From Octopus vulgaris (Eukaryota), in assembly GCA_951406725.2 (NCBI GenBank), contig OX597818.1, forward strand, positions 39,432,001 to 39,496,000: a stretch of DNA of 64,000 bases. Reading direction: 5' to 3'. The first letter of the stretch is position 1; each line of letters starts with the position of its first letter. The notes below the pieces were generated by a model, which saw only the letters and a program-made list of their open reading frames with translations, was not told the DNA's origin and did not search any database. The translations under genes were made by a program, and so were the position numbers. Below are positions 63,380 to 64,000 of the stretch, piece after piece.

Positions 63380-63782
63380 TTTTTTCTCGGGAGACAATGG
63401 AGTTGCGCATAAAGTAGTCTAGTCTGGCTTTTACATTTCATGTCCTGATACATTTCCTGCTGTGGCTGTGTAGTCCTATCCTGGACAAACACTCCCTCTG
63501 GCAGGTACCGCAAATGTAGCGAAGTCTGTTCCTGGCTGGTTGTGATGCCATAGTTACTTGTTGACGTCTTTTTCTGTCTTTCCATTTCTCCTCTCTCTCT
63601 CTGTCATTCCTTTGTATTCCCTCTCTTACGGTACGTCGCCAGTCTCCACGGTTGCCGGCAACTGCCTCCCAACCGCTAATATTGATGTTGCAGGCCTTCA
63701 TGTCCCTTTTGCAACTCCGTATAGTATGTCCTTGGGGATTCTGCCATCTTTCATACGGCTAACATGCCCAAGCCATCTCATA
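63380..63782 (-). mobile_element. RTE (BovB-like) LINE 3' end with C-terminal zinc finger
   Basis: WLGHVSRMKDGRIPKDILYG...WEAVAGNRGDWR...YICGTCQRECLSRIGLHSHSRKC. Confidence 0.85.
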
Positions 63783-64000
63783 CATACATACATACATACA
63801 TATATACATATATATACATGTAACACTCTCGGAGTGGTTGGCATTAGGAAGGGCATCCAGATGTAGAAACTCTGTCAGATCAGATTGGAGCCTGGTGCAG
63901 CCATCTGGTTCACCAATCCTCAGTCAAATAGTCCAACTCATGCTAGCATGGAAAGCAGACGTTAAACGATGATGATGATGATATAACTATATATATATAT

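Overview
AT-rich, repeat-dense eukaryotic DNA. The SINE/RTE families and microsatellite load suggest a coleoid cephalopod (octopus), which is inference only. The one host gene I can support is mitochondrial 2-oxoglutarate dehydrogenase E1 (OGDH) on the minus strand. Its coding exons lie at 43290-43523, 26670-26849, [15567-15669 OR 12257-12356], 2868-2968, 2518-2672 and 1511-1657, all with GT-AG sites and matching phases, and the gene continues past position 1. Most interesting features: (i) two homologous, mutually exclusive IRGH..DPLG exons at the position of the vertebrate Ca2+-site (DADLD) exon, one reading SADLD and one lacking the motif; (ii) a frame-preserving 33-nt candidate microexon just downstream; (iii) a core-intact minimal hammerhead ribozyme on the pre-mRNA strand in intron 2; (iv) a CpG-rich promoter/intron-1 region with CRE, NF-Y, ERRE and HRE-like motifs. 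The rest is transposon debris (CR1-, RTE-, Penelope-, mariner-, Tigger-, Chapaev-, piggyBac-, Helitron-like, SINEs) and simple repeats. No CRISPR, rRNA or tRNA genes were seen. I see no wholly new multi-gene system. The best candidate system is an alternative-splicing module in the OGDH N-terminus.
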